Source: Lachnospiraceae bacterium
GTDB taxonomy: Bacteria > Bacillota > Clostridia > Lachnospirales > Lachnospiraceae
Reading direction: 5' to 3'
Assembly: GCA_017476765.1 (NCBI GenBank)
Contig: JAFUZE010000298.1
Location: 1-57,857 of the forward strand
DNA: 57,857 nt
The position numbers were made by a program, and so were the translations under genes. Each line of letters begins with the position of its first letter. The stretch's first letter is position 1. The notes beneath the pieces were generated by a model. The model was not told the origin of the DNA. It worked only from the letters and a program-made list of their open reading frames with translations, and made no database searches. Positions 9,334 to 20,164 of the stretch are shown here, one piece after another.

Positions 9334-10746
9334 TCAAGACTTTGCCCCCTGTTCAAGCAGCGATTTTATTGTCTCGAGCGCATACGGCAGCTTCTCTAAA
9401 TCGATATGGGAATAGCTAAGCAAAAATACATGCCGATCTGCAGCTTTGCCCTCCTGATCGTACTCGGAAAGCGCAGCGAAATGGATGCCCTTTTCTTCGA
9501 GATTCCGACATATCGTCTGATCTTCCAGCTCCGTATGGAGCCTTAACAGAAAATGAAGGCCGGAATCCTTCTCCTCAATCTCACAGAAAGGGGCAAGCGG
9601 ACAGGAGCGGATGCAGGAAAGTACGCGGCTTCGCGCCTTTGCATAGAAAAGCCGCATCCGGTTGATGTGCTTCTCAAAGTATCCCCTGCGCATAAACTCC
9701 GCAAGCGTATACTGTTCGAAGTTGGACACGGTGCATGCGTAGAACGACATTTTCTCGTAAAAGCGGTTTACAAGATGCGGCGGCAGCACCATGTAGCCGA
9801 TTCGCATTGTGGACGCCAGCGATTTGGAAAAGGTATTCATGTAAATAACCTTCTCGCTGACATCAATGCTCTGCAGGGCAGGAATAGGTCTTCCGTCCAG
9901 ACGGAATTCACTGTCGTAATCATCCTCAATGATATAGCGCCCCTCCCTCTCATTCGCCCAAGCTAAAAGCTCATAACGCCTGCCGATCGGCATCGTGATT
10001 CCGGTCGGGAAGTGGTGCGTCGGACTGATGTGCACGATGTCCGCATCGGTCTGTCTCAGCGACGCTACGGAAAGTCCCTGCTCATCCATGCCGGCGAATC
10101 TGCACTCCGCCTCATTGCATCGGTATATCTGCGTAATCTTCTGATAGCCGGGATTTTCCACACAATAAATCTTGTCCTTACCGAAGAGCTGAACGAGCAT
10201 CCCATACAGATATTCCGTTCCCGCTCCGATGAGAATCTGCGCCGGATCGACATTCATGCCCCGAAAAGCATGCAAATGCTCTGCGATTGCCTGTCTTAAC
10301 AGCAAAATCCCTCCGCCGGGTGCAGCCTGCATCAGCTCCTCACTTCTGTCGGAAATCGTCTCGCGCATCAGCCTTGCCCAGACGGTGAACGGAAAGTTCT
10401 CGGAGCTGATCTGATTGCCCGACAGATCAATCTCATACTGTTTTTTCGGTGCCGGCAGTCTGATTTCCGGTGCCGGTATTGCTTTGCTTCTATCACTTTT
10501 CCGGGGGATATCTGCGACAAAATATCCTTTTTTGGGGATTGTGCAGACGTATCCCTCGCTGATCAGCTGATTGTAGGCGTTCTCGACCGTGACCGTGCTG
10601 ATACCGAGATTTGCGGCAAGGCTTCGTTTGGAGGGAAGCTTCTCTCCTGCATGCAAAACACCGCTGCCGATATCGTTTTTGATGCACGAATATAAGTGTT
10701 CGTACATCGAAGCCTTCCCGATATGATCAAAACTGTATGTCAGCAT
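9334..10746 (-). CDS. MocR/GabR-type regulator (GntR HTH fused to a PLP aminotransferase-like domain)
   Basis: N-terminal GntR wHTH (LPSKRSLAANLGISTVTVENAYNQLISEGY). C-terminal fold-type I aminotransferase-like domain with the TFSKSLASTMRIGYMV lysine motif. Confidence 0.9.
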   Translation of the reverse strand: MLTYSFDHIGKASMYEHLYSCIKNDIGSGVLHAGEKLPSKRSLAANLGISTVTVENAYNQLISEGYVCTIPKKGYFVADIPRKSDRSKAIPAPEIRLPAPKKQYEIDLSGNQISSENFPFTVWARLMRETISDRSEELMQAAPGGGILLLRQAIAEHLHAFRGMNVDPAQILIGAGTEYLYGMLVQLFGKDKIYCVENPGYQKITQIYRCNEAECRFAGMDEQGLSVASLRQTDADIVHISPTHHFPTGITMPIGRRYELLAWANEREGRYIIEDDYDSEFRLDGRPIPALQSIDVSEKVIYMNTFSKSLASTMRIGYMVLPPHLVNRFYEKMSFYACTVSNFEQYTLAEFMRRGYFEKHINRMRLFYAKARSRVLSCIRSCPLAPFCEIEEKDSGLHFLLRLHTELEDQTICRNLEEKGIHFAALSEYDQEGKAADRHVFLLSYSHIDLEKLPYALETIKSLLEQGAKS

Positions 10747-11330
10747 GATTCCTTCTCCATTGCCGCTGCAACGGACTCCTCACAGCTGCGCATGGCAAGG
10801 ATTGTCTTTTGTATAAGGTCTGACAGCTCGATTCCCATCATCTCCGCCCCGCGTTCAATGACCTCTCTCGAGCAGCCTGCCGCAAAATTGGCACTCTTAT
10901 ATTTTTTCTTCACTGACTTTACTTCCATATCCATAACACTCTTCGACGGACGCATCAAAGCCGCCGCCCAGATGAGTCCGGTAAGCTCATCCACTGCGTA
11001 AAGTGTTTTTTCCATCTCGTGCTCCGGCTTAATATCAACCGTGAGCTCATATCCGTGACTGCACACCGCATGAATCACTTCCTCGCTGACCCCGGCTTCT
11101 CTTAAAAGCTCCGGAGCCTTGATGCAGTGCTGATCCGGATACAGCTCGAAATCGATGTCGTGCAGCAGCCCGACAATTCCCCAGAACTCCTCATCCTCAC
11201 CGTATCCCTGCTCGTTTGCAAACCAGCGCATGACCCCTTCCACGGTAAGACCATGCTGAATATGAAACGGCTCCTTGTTATATTTTTTTAATAGCTTAAG
11301 CGCGTCCTCTCTTGTAATATTTGCTTCCAT
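10740..11330 (-). CDS. HD-domain metal-dependent phosphohydrolase
   Basis: HIQHGLTVEG ... LLHDIDFELYPDQH motif. ATG 11330 has a GGAGGTG RBS. The stop overlaps the MocR start (ATGCTGA). Confidence 0.8.
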   Translation of the reverse strand: MEANITREDALKLLKKYNKEPFHIQHGLTVEGVMRWFANEQGYGEDEEFWGIVGLLHDIDFELYPDQHCIKAPELLREAGVSEEVIHAVCSHGYELTVDIKPEHEMEKTLYAVDELTGLIWAAALMRPSKSVMDMEVKSVKKKYKSANFAAGCSREVIERGAEMMGIELSDLIQKTILAMRSCEESVAAAMEKESC

Positions 11331-11385
11331 CCCTGCACCTCCGTTTTTGGTATTATGGTAACAGACCATATTTGAAATTGCAAAT

Positions 11386-11421
11386 CCCGCAATCATACAT
11401 CCTGTTACGGGTGATTGCGGG
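11386..11421 (-). terminator. Stem-loop terminator downstream of glgB
   Basis: 10-bp perfect stem CCCGCAATCA / TGATTGCGGG with a 16-nt loop, followed by ATTTGCAATTT on the minus strand (weak T tract). Confidence 0.5.
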
Positions 11422-11463
11422 ACCGAAAATCATTACCTGTTTCAAGCGGCCATACGCTGCCGA

Positions 11464-13374
11464 TTAAAATACAAACAGCGCTGCGCCATATGCCGGCAAA
11501 TCAAAGCCGATCGAATACTCCTTGCCGTTTGACAAAATCTCTTCTGCGGCGATCTCCTTCGGAATCACACCGCCGTTTCCGCCGAACTGTGTATCGTCGC
11601 TGTTTAAAAGAAGCTTATATTTTTTCTTCTTCGGCACACCGATCCGGTAATCCTTGCGCTCCATCGGCGTAAAGTTCAGAACGGTCAGAATGCTGTTTGT
11701 GCCTTTTGAGGAGCGGCGGACATATGCGTAGATGCTGCGATCCTTGTCATCTGCCTCCATCCACTCGAAGCCTTCCCATCCGTTGTCGATCTCATAAAGC
11801 GCCGGATATTTGTTGTAAATCTCAAGCAGCTGTTTTACATAGTTTTGCATACCGGCGTGCAGCGGATCGCTTAAGCAGTGCCACTCTAACTCTCTCGCCT
11901 CGCTCCACTCGCATTCCTGTCCGAATTCCTGACCCATAAACAGCAGCTTTTTGCCTGAGTGCGTAAACATGTAGCTGTATGCGGCACGCAGATTTGCGAA
12001 TTTATCCACACGGTAGCCCGGCATCTTGCCAAGCATCGAGCATTTCAGATGAACAACCTCATCGTGCGAAATCGGCAAAATGTAATTCTCCGACGTATGG
12101 TAGCTCATCGCAAAGGTCATATTGTAATGGCTGCCGCTCTTCATGATCGGATCCAATTTAAGATATTCGCAGAAATCGTGCATCCATCCCATATTCCACT
12201 TAAAGGTAAAGCCAAGTCCGCCGTCGTCCGGATGAGCCGTCACCTTCGGCCATGCCGTGGACTCCTCTGCAATCATCATCGTGCCCGGATATTTACCGGT
12301 GATCAAGCTGTTTAAGTGGCTCAAAAAGCCGATCGCATCGAGATTCTTGTTGTCGCCATACCGATTGGCAACCCACTGTCCGTCCTTTTTGCCGTAATCC
12401 AGATATAACATGGAAGCTACCGCATCGACACGCAGCGCATCAATGTGAAATTCCTGTACCCAGTACACGGCATTTGCAATCAGGAAGTTGCGCACCTCCG
12501 GCTTCTCATAGTTGAAGATCTTCGTTCCCCACTCCGGATGCTCTCCCTTTCTCTTATCCGGATGCTCGTACAGACATGTGCCGTCAAACTCTGCAAGTCC
12601 GAAAGCATCCCTCGGGAAATGCGCAGGTACCCAGTCCAAAATAACGCCGATCTTATTTTTGTGCAGCGTATTTACAAGATACTGGAAGTCCTCCGGCGTA
12701 CCGTAACGGGAGGTCGGTGCATAGTAGCCTGTCACCTGATAACCCCACGAGCCGTCGAACGGATATTCCGCAATGCCCATAAGCTCCACATGCGTGTATT
12801 TCATTTCTTTTAAATACTCAACAATCCGATCTGCAAACAGACGGTAATTGTAAAAGGAATCCTCTTCCCTCTCCGCCGGGTGCTTCATCCAGGAACCGAT
12901 GTGGCATTCATAAATTGCAATCGGCTCCTGTAAGTTATTTTTCTTTGCCTTATTGTTCTGCCATGCGGTGTCTGTCCATTTGAAATTGGAGATATCCTTC
13001 ACAATGGAAGCGTTTTCCGGACGCAGCTGGCAATGATAGCCGTACGGGTCTGATTTGTAAATTTTTCTTCCGTCGTGCGCCGTGATGACATATTTGTAAA
13101 TGACATCCTCACCGATTCCCGGAATGAACGTCTCGAAAATTCCGCTGATGGAAAGCCGGTTCATATTATGCCGGTAAATATCCCAGTCATTGAAAGAGCC
13201 TGCCACATTGACATACTGGGCGTTCGGTGCCCACACTGCGAAATGTACACCCTCCACACCATCCACGACGGCCTTGTGTGCGCCGAGCTTCTTGTAAATC
13301 TCATAGTGATTGCCCTGCGTGAATAAATACTCATCATACTCGGTTACAAATACATCTTCTCTTGATTGTCCCAT
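11464..13374 (-). CDS. glgB: 1,4-alpha-glucan branching enzyme
   Basis: 636 aa; GH13 motifs DWVPAHF, GFRVDAV-like (ALRVDAVASMLY), EESTAWP, FMGQEFGQ. The N-terminal CBM48-like region is typical of GlgB. Confidence 0.95.
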   Translation of the reverse strand: MGQSREDVFVTEYDEYLFTQGNHYEIYKKLGAHKAVVDGVEGVHFAVWAPNAQYVNVAGSFNDWDIYRHNMNRLSISGIFETFIPGIGEDVIYKYVITAHDGRKIYKSDPYGYHCQLRPENASIVKDISNFKWTDTAWQNNKAKKNNLQEPIAIYECHIGSWMKHPAEREEDSFYNYRLFADRIVEYLKEMKYTHVELMGIAEYPFDGSWGYQVTGYYAPTSRYGTPEDFQYLVNTLHKNKIGVILDWVPAHFPRDAFGLAEFDGTCLYEHPDKRKGEHPEWGTKIFNYEKPEVRNFLIANAVYWVQEFHIDALRVDAVASMLYLDYGKKDGQWVANRYGDNKNLDAIGFLSHLNSLITGKYPGTMMIAEESTAWPKVTAHPDDGGLGFTFKWNMGWMHDFCEYLKLDPIMKSGSHYNMTFAMSYHTSENYILPISHDEVVHLKCSMLGKMPGYRVDKFANLRAAYSYMFTHSGKKLLFMGQEFGQECEWSEARELEWHCLSDPLHAGMQNYVKQLLEIYNKYPALYEIDNGWEGFEWMEADDKDRSIYAYVRRSSKGTNSILTVLNFTPMERKDYRIGVPKKKKYKLLLNSDDTQFGGNGGVIPKEIAAEEILSNGKEYSIGFDLPAYGAALFVF

Positions 13375-13395
13375 ATCACATACCTACTCTCTTTT

Positions 13396-16300
13396 TTATT
13401 CTATTGAGAAATCCTTTTCCCTTAAAATGACCATGTCCTCATCATCAAAGCGCTTTCCGATCAGAACATCCACAAAATGCTTCACGTTCTTCTTTTCCGC
13501 ACGGTCTATGGCTTCGTTCACCATATTCTTGACCTCCTCAACGGTGACTGCATGTTCATTTGTCTGCAAATCTGAAATCCTTGTATATACTGCAAGAACT
13601 CCCATCTCGTCAATCGAATACTCCCGAGTGTTTGCATACGCCTTTGCAAACCCGACCAACCCATCATTATCCAGCACTTCGACCTCAATCCTCGATGTGA
13701 ACATCTGCTCCATCTGCGGATAAGTCAGCATAAGACGCTCAATCTCCTCTTTTGTATCCTCCAGAACCACCAAAATGCCCTTAAGCCCAAGCTTCTCTAG
13801 CTGATAAACCAGATTCCCCTGAATATCCGGCTCCATTCCTCCCGCTTTCTCGATGATCAGTGCACCGTTTTCAAGATTTTGTAAGGTCTCCGTCATATTC
13901 CGGGAAGCAAGCTCCTCACCGGTAAAACGCATGACCTTACCGGAAAACTGCGGATAGCTGCGCTGCATGTGCTTTACCATATTTTCGGCAACAATCACCC
14001 TGTCTATACCATTTTCACCGACAACGACCCCATTTCCGTCTTTCGGTGTCATGGACATCTGATCGAGTGCTCCTGTTACCTTCTCCTGCAATTCCTTCGT
14101 CGGTGCAATATTGCCGAAAAGCTCTTTCTCCTCTTTGGTAAAAAATCTTGCCTCCGGCTGTGGCTCCGGTTCCGTCTGACCGATATCCGGCTGCGGCGGT
14201 GCCGTCGCCTGCGAAGTGACAGACTGCGACGATTCGGCAGATTGTTCGTCAGCCGGCTGCGATACCGGTTCCGCATCTGCAGCTGCCGGTTCGGCGGATG
14301 GCTTTGAAGCTGATTTTGCCCATTCGACAGCTTCCCTTGCAGACTGTGGCGTGTAGCCTGACGATGCCGGTTCCGGCATTTCCGATGGTGCATCTGCAGA
14401 TGGCTGTGGTGATACTGGTTCCGGCGGTGCTTCTGCTTCCGTTACCGGTTCCGCATCTGCAGACAGCTCCGGTGCTATCGGTTCCTCTGCTGCCGCTTCT
14501 GCTGCTGATAATGACTCCGGCACTGCCTGTTCCGTTTTGACCTCTGCCACGACCGCCTCCGGAACAGAATCGATGGATTTTGCCGCAGGCTCTTTGACCG
14601 ATTCGTCCTCTGATGCAGTCTCCTGCTTTGAGCCTACCATCGCAGCTAACAACGAAGCTCCCTTTGTCTCCGCCTCCTCTGCAATGATCATCCGCTCCTC
14701 CCTCGGCGGAGCTTCCTCCTTCACAGGGACATCCTCCAAATGTTCAAAATCAATATCCGGAATGAAGGCAGGAATCTCTTCCTCTTTGCGCTGTTCTTCC
14801 TCCGTCTTTGCGAGAGTCTCAATCAGCTTTTCCTCCAGACCGTTGATTTCCTCTGTATTTAATACCTTTTTCGGCACGGAAGCATCCGGATCGGCAGCTG
14901 CCGGCGACTCTTTCTGTGAAGAATCCGGTCTTTCCGTTTCCTTCTCCAAATCGGAGAAGTCTTCGGTCTCAGATACCTCCTGCACCTTTCCCTGACCCGG
15001 ACCGGTGTCCTTGAACACATCCACTGCCGGATTGATCAAATCCAGATCCGCTGTCACACTGGCTCTTGCCACTTCATCAAAATTGCTGAACATCGGGCCG
15101 GTCTGCTTCATGACCTTTTCCCGCATCTCGGCAATATGCTTCTCTTCATTTGCCCGTTTTGTCTCCTCCCACTCATTCATGATATCGAGAAGACTCAGCT
15201 GTCCGGTAATCTGCTCATCTACAATCGGTTCGCCTTCTGCCATCTTGCCGCCCGTTGAAAGGTTTCCTACATCAATGCGGGGTGTTCCGATATTCAGACG
15301 GTCTGTATTTCCGGTCGTAACTGCATGGGCAATCTCTGCTGCCATGATTGCACCGGCTGTTACCGGGGCTGCTGCGCTTTGTGCTGCAGTTCTTGCCGCT
15401 TCCGCCTGTTCTGCTGCAACTCTCTCGGCTTCTGCCTGTTCTGCTGCAACTCTCTCGGCTTCCGCCTGCTCTGCTGCAATTCTTGCCGCTTCTGCCTGTT
15501 CCGCTGCAACTCTCTCGGCTTCCGCCTGCTCCGCTGCAATTCTTGCCGCTTCTGCCTGCTCTGCTGCGATTCTCTCGGCTTCCGCCTGTTCTGCTGCAAC
15601 TCTCTCGGCTTCCGCCTGCTCCGCTGCAATTCTTGCCGCCTCTGCCTGCTCCGCTGCAACTCTTGCCGCCTCCGCCTGTTCTGCTGCGATTCTCTCAGCT
15701 TCCGCCTGCTCTGCTGCAATTCTTGCCGCCTCTGCCTGCTCCGCTGCAATTCTCTCGGCTTCCGCCTGCTCTGCTGCAATTCTCGCCGCTTCCGCCTGCT
15801 CCGCTGCGATTCTCTCGGCTTCTGCCTGCTCTGCTTCCTCCTTCGCAATGCGCTCCTGCTCGATGGAAGCCAACAGATCCTCTTCCGTGATCGGGGTTAT
15901 CTCCCCCGTATCCTGCAACAGCGGTGCAAGTAAAGCATTCTTAATTGCGTCATCCGAAATCGACTCAATCACTTTCCCGTTTTGTGTTGTCGTACCGATA
16001 ATCGTCTCGATGGGAAGCGCCATTGTTGCGTCGGCAGCCTCCATATCCTCCTCTGCGAACATTCTGGAAAGATTCTGTGCCAGCTCCTGCTGCAGATTGA
16101 TCGTATTATATTCACCGACATCGACGGTTTTGACCTGTATATCTAAATCCGGATCCGGCTCTCTGAGCGGAATCTCGTCCTCCGGCTGTGCCTCCTCCGC
16201 CTCAGTCAATACCTCTTCGTCAGGCTGCACATCATCGACCGGCTGAGGCGGTGCAGAGCTCTCTTCCGTCTGCACTACAGACTTGATATCCGGCACTTCG

Positions 16301-17061
16301 ACCGTATCCGCCTCCTCAAGAGACCTGTTGATTGCAGTCGGAATAATCTCCGCCGTCTTTGCCTTGCTGACATCCACCGCTTTAATCTCAATCGGAAGTG
16401 CATTTTCCTCTTCCTGCGGCTTGACCTCTTCCTCCTGAGGCTCCTCTTTCATAAACCGTCTGTCATATTTCTCCTGCTGGCTCGGCGAGAGAGGCTGATG
16501 AAGCATTTTCAGTTCCATCGCCATGTTGACATACTTGCCTTCCCCAAACCAGAGAATCAGCTCATCACATTCCTCCACACATCTGGTCGCCAGTCCGATA
16601 CGGTGATACAGATATGCGAGCTCATATGCCCATTTTTCACGATAATCTCTCTTTTTATATTCCTCCAGTACCGCAATTCGTTCCTCTAAGCTGACATCCT
16701 GCGCCTCATAAAGACGGTACTGCAAAATAAAACGTCTTGTGTCAGTCGGCGCAACCTGTACAAATTCTTTATAATACTCTACTGCCTGCACCGTTTCTTC
16801 AAGCTTAATGCAAAGCTCACACAAGGAATACACGATTTTCCTTCCGCCCGGCTGACGGTCATAAGCTAAAAGAAGAATTTCCTTTGCGTCCTCAAAACGT
16901 CTGACATATTTATATAATTCACTGACCTTGCAAAGCATCATGACACTCTTTACGCGTGACCAGTCAATCGTGTCGGCGATCTTTACCGCTTCCATAAACT
17001 GCTTTTTCTCGATCAGTGCGTTGATTTCTTCCGCACGTATGCGGTATTCATATTTATCCAA
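13396..17061 (-). CDS. 1221-aa protein: N-terminal TPR-like repeats, long acidic repeat-rich region, C-terminal degenerate CbbX/SpoVK-type AAA+ module
   Basis: Long uninterrupted ORF. TPR-like N-terminus ([11 protein letters not shown]...[13 protein letters not shown]...). E/A/P/Q-rich middle with the AEQAEA(E/A)R(I/V)A x15 array. The C-terminus shows AAA+-like strand/helix patterning, but GENGIDR replaces Walker A and ALIIEKA replaces Walker B. Confidence 0.85.
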   Translation of the reverse strand: MDKYEYRIRAEEINALIEKKQFMEAVKIADTIDWSRVKSVMMLCKVSELYKYVRRFEDAKEILLLAYDRQPGGRKIVYSLCELCIKLEETVQAVEYYKEFVQVAPTDTRRFILQYRLYEAQDVSLEERIAVLEEYKKRDYREKWAYELAYLYHRIGLATRCVEECDELILWFGEGKYVNMAMELKMLHQPLSPSQQEKYDRRFMKEEPQEEEVKPQEEENALPIEIKAVDVSKAKTAEIIPTAINRSLEEADTVEVPDIKSVVQTEESSAPPQPVDDVQPDEEVLTEAEEAQPEDEIPLREPDPDLDIQVKTVDVGEYNTINLQQELAQNLSRMFAEEDMEAADATMALPIETIIGTTTQNGKVIESISDDAIKNALLAPLLQDTGEITPITEEDLLASIEQERIAKEEAEQAEAERIAAEQAEAARIAAEQAEAERIAAEQAEAARIAAEQAEAERIAAEQAEAARVAAEQAEAARIAAEQAEAERVAAEQAEAERIAAEQAEAARIAAEQAEAERVAAEQAEAARIAAEQAEAERVAAEQAEAERVAAEQAEAARTAAQSAAAPVTAGAIMAAEIAHAVTTGNTDRLNIGTPRIDVGNLSTGGKMAEGEPIVDEQITGQLSLLDIMNEWEETKRANEEKHIAEMREKVMKQTGPMFSNFDEVARASVTADLDLINPAVDVFKDTGPGQGKVQEVSETEDFSDLEKETERPDSSQKESPAAADPDASVPKKVLNTEEINGLEEKLIETLAKTEEEQRKEEEIPAFIPDIDFEHLEDVPVKEEAPPREERMIIAEEAETKGASLLAAMVGSKQETASEDESVKEPAAKSIDSVPEAVVAEVKTEQAVPESLSAAEAAAEEPIAPELSADAEPVTEAEAPPEPVSPQPSADAPSEMPEPASSGYTPQSAREAVEWAKSASKPSAEPAAADAEPVSQPADEQSAESSQSVTSQATAPPQPDIGQTEPEPQPEARFFTKEEKELFGNIAPTKELQEKVTGALDQMSMTPKDGNGVVVGENGIDRVIVAENMVKHMQRSYPQFSGKVMRFTGEELASRNMTETLQNLENGALIIEKAGGMEPDIQGNLVYQLEKLGLKGILVVLEDTKEEIERLMLTYPQMEQMFTSRIEVEVLDNDGLVGFAKAYANTREYSIDEMGVLAVYTRISDLQTNEHAVTVEEVKNMVNEAIDRAEKKNVKHFVDVLIGKRFDDEDMVILREKDFSIE
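15385..15834 (-). repeat. Fifteen in-frame 30-bp tandem repeats encoding AEQAEA(E/A)R(I/V/T)A
   Basis: Directly visible period-30 array (ctgctgcaactctctcggcttc(t/c)gcctg(t/c)t and the variant ...aattcttgccgc...). The two unit types mostly alternate. Confidence 0.95.
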
Positions 17062-17187
17062 GCTTTTCTCACCTCATGCTGTTATTATGTACGAATGCAG
17101 CATAACCAAAATGGCATGACCAAATAGTATCCGTTTGCCCGAATTTATGTTACGCTTTGCCGGAAATCCCCCTGTTTTTATTTTATA

Positions 17188-17216
17188 AGTGTACCATACG
17201 CACTTTGCAATGTCAA
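17188..17216 (-). promoter_or_regulatory. Candidate sigma-70-type promoter for the giant ORF/glgB transcript
   Basis: Minus-strand TTGACA-N17-TACACT about 125 nt upstream of ATG 17061. Confidence 0.4.
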
Positions 17217-17244
17217 AAAAATAACACTTAAATTTTCCCTGCGC

Positions 17245-17748
17245 CTAAAAATCAAATGCCTGCTTCATGCTGTCGTAATGCAGAAAGATTCCCTGACTGC
17301 CAAGCTCCGCAATCTGCTCCCTCGATGCAAGCATAAATCCACCGCATTCCTCGCCTTGCAGTTTGACATCTGCCTCATCAAAATCCATGACAAAACGGTA
17401 AATGTCCACAAAGTAATTATCCCCTTCGTCCGGATTTTCTCTCTTATATGAAAACAGATATCCGCCCTGCGCACCCGATACATCCAGTCCGGTTTCCTCC
17501 AGAATTTCTCTCCTTATCGCATCCTCGGATATCTCTCCTGCCTGCACGGCTCCGCCGGAGACCTCCCACCAGCCCGGTGCCCATGCCTTTGTCTTGGCTC
17601 GCTTTGTAATTAGGAACTTACCGTCCTTCCTTACAATGACACCTAAAACAGTCAGATGATATTCTCCCTCCTTCATGTTCCAGTCATTGCGTTTCATCGT
17701 CCTGCCTGTTTTCTGCTTGTTTTCATTATAAATATCCCAAATTTCCAT
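17245..17748 (-). CDS. NUDIX hydrolase
   Basis: Nudix box GGAVQAGEISEDAIRREILEETGL. ATG 17748 has a GGAGGAAAG RBS. Confidence 0.85.
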   Translation of the reverse strand: MEIWDIYNENKQKTGRTMKRNDWNMKEGEYHLTVLGVIVRKDGKFLITKRAKTKAWAPGWWEVSGGAVQAGEISEDAIRREILEETGLDVSGAQGGYLFSYKRENPDEGDNYFVDIYRFVMDFDEADVKLQGEECGGFMLASREQIAELGSQGIFLHYDSMKQAFDF

Positions 17749-18027
17749 TTTGCTTTCCTCCACGCTGTGTGTACGCCGCAAGCTTCTGTTTTGTTTTTCA
17801 TACCTTGTTATACACTATAACACAGTTGCTCAAGCACTGCGAGAGTTTTTATTTTTCGATTCTGTCTGCGCAAAGAGTATATGTAATTGGAAAGTGCTGC
17901 ACTAATTTTTATTGAAGATACACTTCACTTATGATATACTTGATGCAGTTTTACAAGCAGCGATAAACACAGAAAATCAGGTCTCTTGCGCATATCATAT
18001 GCAGAGCATCTGAGAACCGGAGGACAT

Positions 18028-20124
18028 ATGAAAAAAACAGAAAATTCAAAGAAATCCAAAATTCTGCACCAGCTTCTGGTGCCAAGTCTTTTGATTATCG
18101 GAGTTCTTGCCGTCCTGATTTTAGGAATTGTAGGTATCATCTTTTATAACACCTATCAAAATCAGGTCACCAAAGCTAATCTTTCCGAAAATGCGTTGAT
18201 GTCCAACAATGTGGCGGCTTTTATTTCAGAGGCATATGCATTGTCGGAGGAGCTGGCGAATGATCCGGATATTCTCACAATGAAAACCGATGTGCAGACA
18301 CCGATTTTGGAGGGATGTGTGGGCAGAAATCCGTATTTGGAGCTTTTGTACATTCAGGACAGCACGGGCATGCAGACCGGACGTTCCAGCGGAGAGCTTG
18401 CCGACCGAAGCACAAGATGGTGGTTTCAGCAGGTACTGGCGGATAAGCAGTCTTTTGTATCGAAATCCTACTACTCTGTCAATACCGGAATGCCGTGTGC
18501 ATCCATTTTTTTCCCGATGTACAGAGACGGTGAGTTTCTCGGTGTTTTTGCAACGGATATCAAGCTGGATTCGCTCGTTTCCCTCGTGACAGAATACTCC
18601 GATCCGGCAAAGGACAAGACGGTGTTCATTATCGATGGCGAGGGAAATGTCGTAGCACATCCGGACACCACCTATATCGAGGAGCTGTACAATTACACGA
18701 CGTACACAAAAACAGTTTCCGTAAAGGATGAGAACGGCAATGTCCTGACCGATGCGGACGGAAATATTCTGACGCAGGAGGAGGCCATCCATTATTCGGA
18801 TTCCTTTAAATCCATGATTTCCAAAGTATTGTCCGGAGAGAGCGGAAACAGCATCGTAAAAATAGACGGAAGCCGCTACTATGCATCCTTCTCACCGATC
18901 ATTATGAACGGAACGTCTGACCCGTGGTCTGTCATAACAATACAGAAAAAGACTACGCTCATGTCCTCCATATACTTCGCAGTAGGAATTGCCGTACTGA
19001 TTTCCATCGTGGTACTGGTTCTGGCAGCGTTCATTATAAACATCATTGCAAGGCGCATAACCAAACCAATTCTTGAGATGATCGATATTATCGGGGCTGC
19101 CTCAGAGGGTGACTTCTCCGTCAAGGCAGATGCGGACAACAGAACCGAGGTCGGACTGCTCGCCGTGAGCTTTAACAACATGACAGATAAGATCTCGCGA
19201 ATCTTGAATGAGACTGTGGGTCTGCTCGTGGATGTCAGAGGAAGCGCCCAGACGCTTTCCGGCATCTCAAGGGAGACCGATAATGTCGTAGCGGATATGG
19301 AAAACATTTCGCACGGGGCTGTCAATCAGTCTGCGGATACCCAAAAGGTTGTAGAGCTTACCGAGAAGCTGAACGAATGTCATGAAAGGCTCCATGAGAT
19401 GAGCGCCCTGCTCATCGAGGAGACAAGAGGAACGAAGCGCCTGAGTGACGAAGGCATCAAAAACGTAGCAGAGCTCAAGGAAAAGAGCGAGGACAGCCTT
19501 GCCGCCGTACAGTCATCTTATGAAAAGGTACTGAACTTAAGCGAATCCTCCAAACAGATCGGAACGATTATTGAGGAAATCAACGATATATCCAGTGAGA
19601 CAAGCCTTCTGGCATTAAATGCTTCCATTGAAGCTGCAAGGGCAGGAGAACACGGACGCGGCTTTGCAGTCGTGGCGGAGCAGGTTTCCACTCTCGCTTC
19701 CAATTCCGCCGATGCAACAAGCAATATCGAGAAGATCGTCGGACAGCTGCAGCAGGATATCGCCGAGATTGTAACAGAGATTGACGCAATCAAGGAAGTA
19801 TTCAGCAATCAGATCGAATCCGTGGGCACGGTCGAGAAATCGTTTGAGCATTTCCATGAATCCTCAGAGGAATCCTTCGCTACCGTAGAACAGGTCGGCG
19901 AATTGATTCACACGGCAGAGAATGTGAATCATGAGGTCGTTGAGTCCATCGGCAATATTTATGAGATCTCCCGAACGACCGAGTCGAATGCCAAAGATGT
20001 TTCCACCCGCATGATTCGTCAAAAGGATGATATCCACGAGATTGCCCAGAAAGTAGAAAATATGAATGCTGCATCCGAGATGCTGGAAAATGAAATGTCA
20101 AAATTTACACTGCAGCCAAAATAA
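18028..20124 (+). CDS. Methyl-accepting chemotaxis protein (Cache-like sensor, HAMP, MA domain)
   Basis: ATG 18028 with GGAGGA RBS. TM segment, ~280-aa extracytoplasmic domain, second TM segment, HAMP. Signalling hairpin [30 protein letters not shown]. Confidence 0.9.
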   Translation: MKKTENSKKSKILHQLLVPSLLIIGVLAVLILGIVGIIFYNTYQNQVTKANLSENALMSNNVAAFISEAYALSEELANDPDILTMKTDVQTPILEGCVGRNPYLELLYIQDSTGMQTGRSSGELADRSTRWWFQQVLADKQSFVSKSYYSVNTGMPCASIFFPMYRDGEFLGVFATDIKLDSLVSLVTEYSDPAKDKTVFIIDGEGNVVAHPDTTYIEELYNYTTYTKTVSVKDENGNVLTDADGNILTQEEAIHYSDSFKSMISKVLSGESGNSIVKIDGSRYYASFSPIIMNGTSDPWSVITIQKKTTLMSSIYFAVGIAVLISIVVLVLAAFIINIIARRITKPILEMIDIIGAASEGDFSVKADADNRTEVGLLAVSFNNMTDKISRILNETVGLLVDVRGSAQTLSGISRETDNVVADMENISHGAVNQSADTQKVVELTEKLNECHERLHEMSALLIEETRGTKRLSDEGIKNVAELKEKSEDSLAAVQSSYEKVLNLSESSKQIGTIIEEINDISSETSLLALNASIEAARAGEHGRGFAVVAEQVSTLASNSADATSNIEKIVGQLQQDIAEIVTEIDAIKEVFSNQIESVGTVEKSFEHFHESSEESFATVEQVGELIHTAENVNHEVVESIGNIYEISRTTESNAKDVSTRMIRQKDDIHEIAQKVENMNAASEMLENEMSKFTLQPK

Positions 20125-20134
20125 ACAAATATTT

Positions 20135-20162
20135 AAAAAGCAGCCTTACGGCTGCTTTTTTT
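20135..20162. terminator. Bidirectional rho-independent terminator
   Basis: AAAAAGCAGCC ttac GGCTGCTTTTTTT lies between the convergent MCP and DUF3021 genes. Confidence 0.85.
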
Positions 20163-20164
20163 GT

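Noticed and set aside
15385-15834. Regular ~30-bp repeats that could superficially suggest a CRISPR array
   Set aside because: The repeats are directly adjacent with no spacers, are in frame within a long ORF, and no cas genes are present.
15005-16246. 413-aa, 202-aa and 180-aa plus-strand ORFs and a 162-aa minus-strand ORF with striking repeats (SACSAAIL..., CCNS..., PPLP..., RRKPRELQ...)
   Set aside because: They are alternative-frame or antisense readings of the 30-bp tandem repeat inside the 1221-aa gene. Only the AEQAEA frame is continuous over the whole 3.7-kb ORF.
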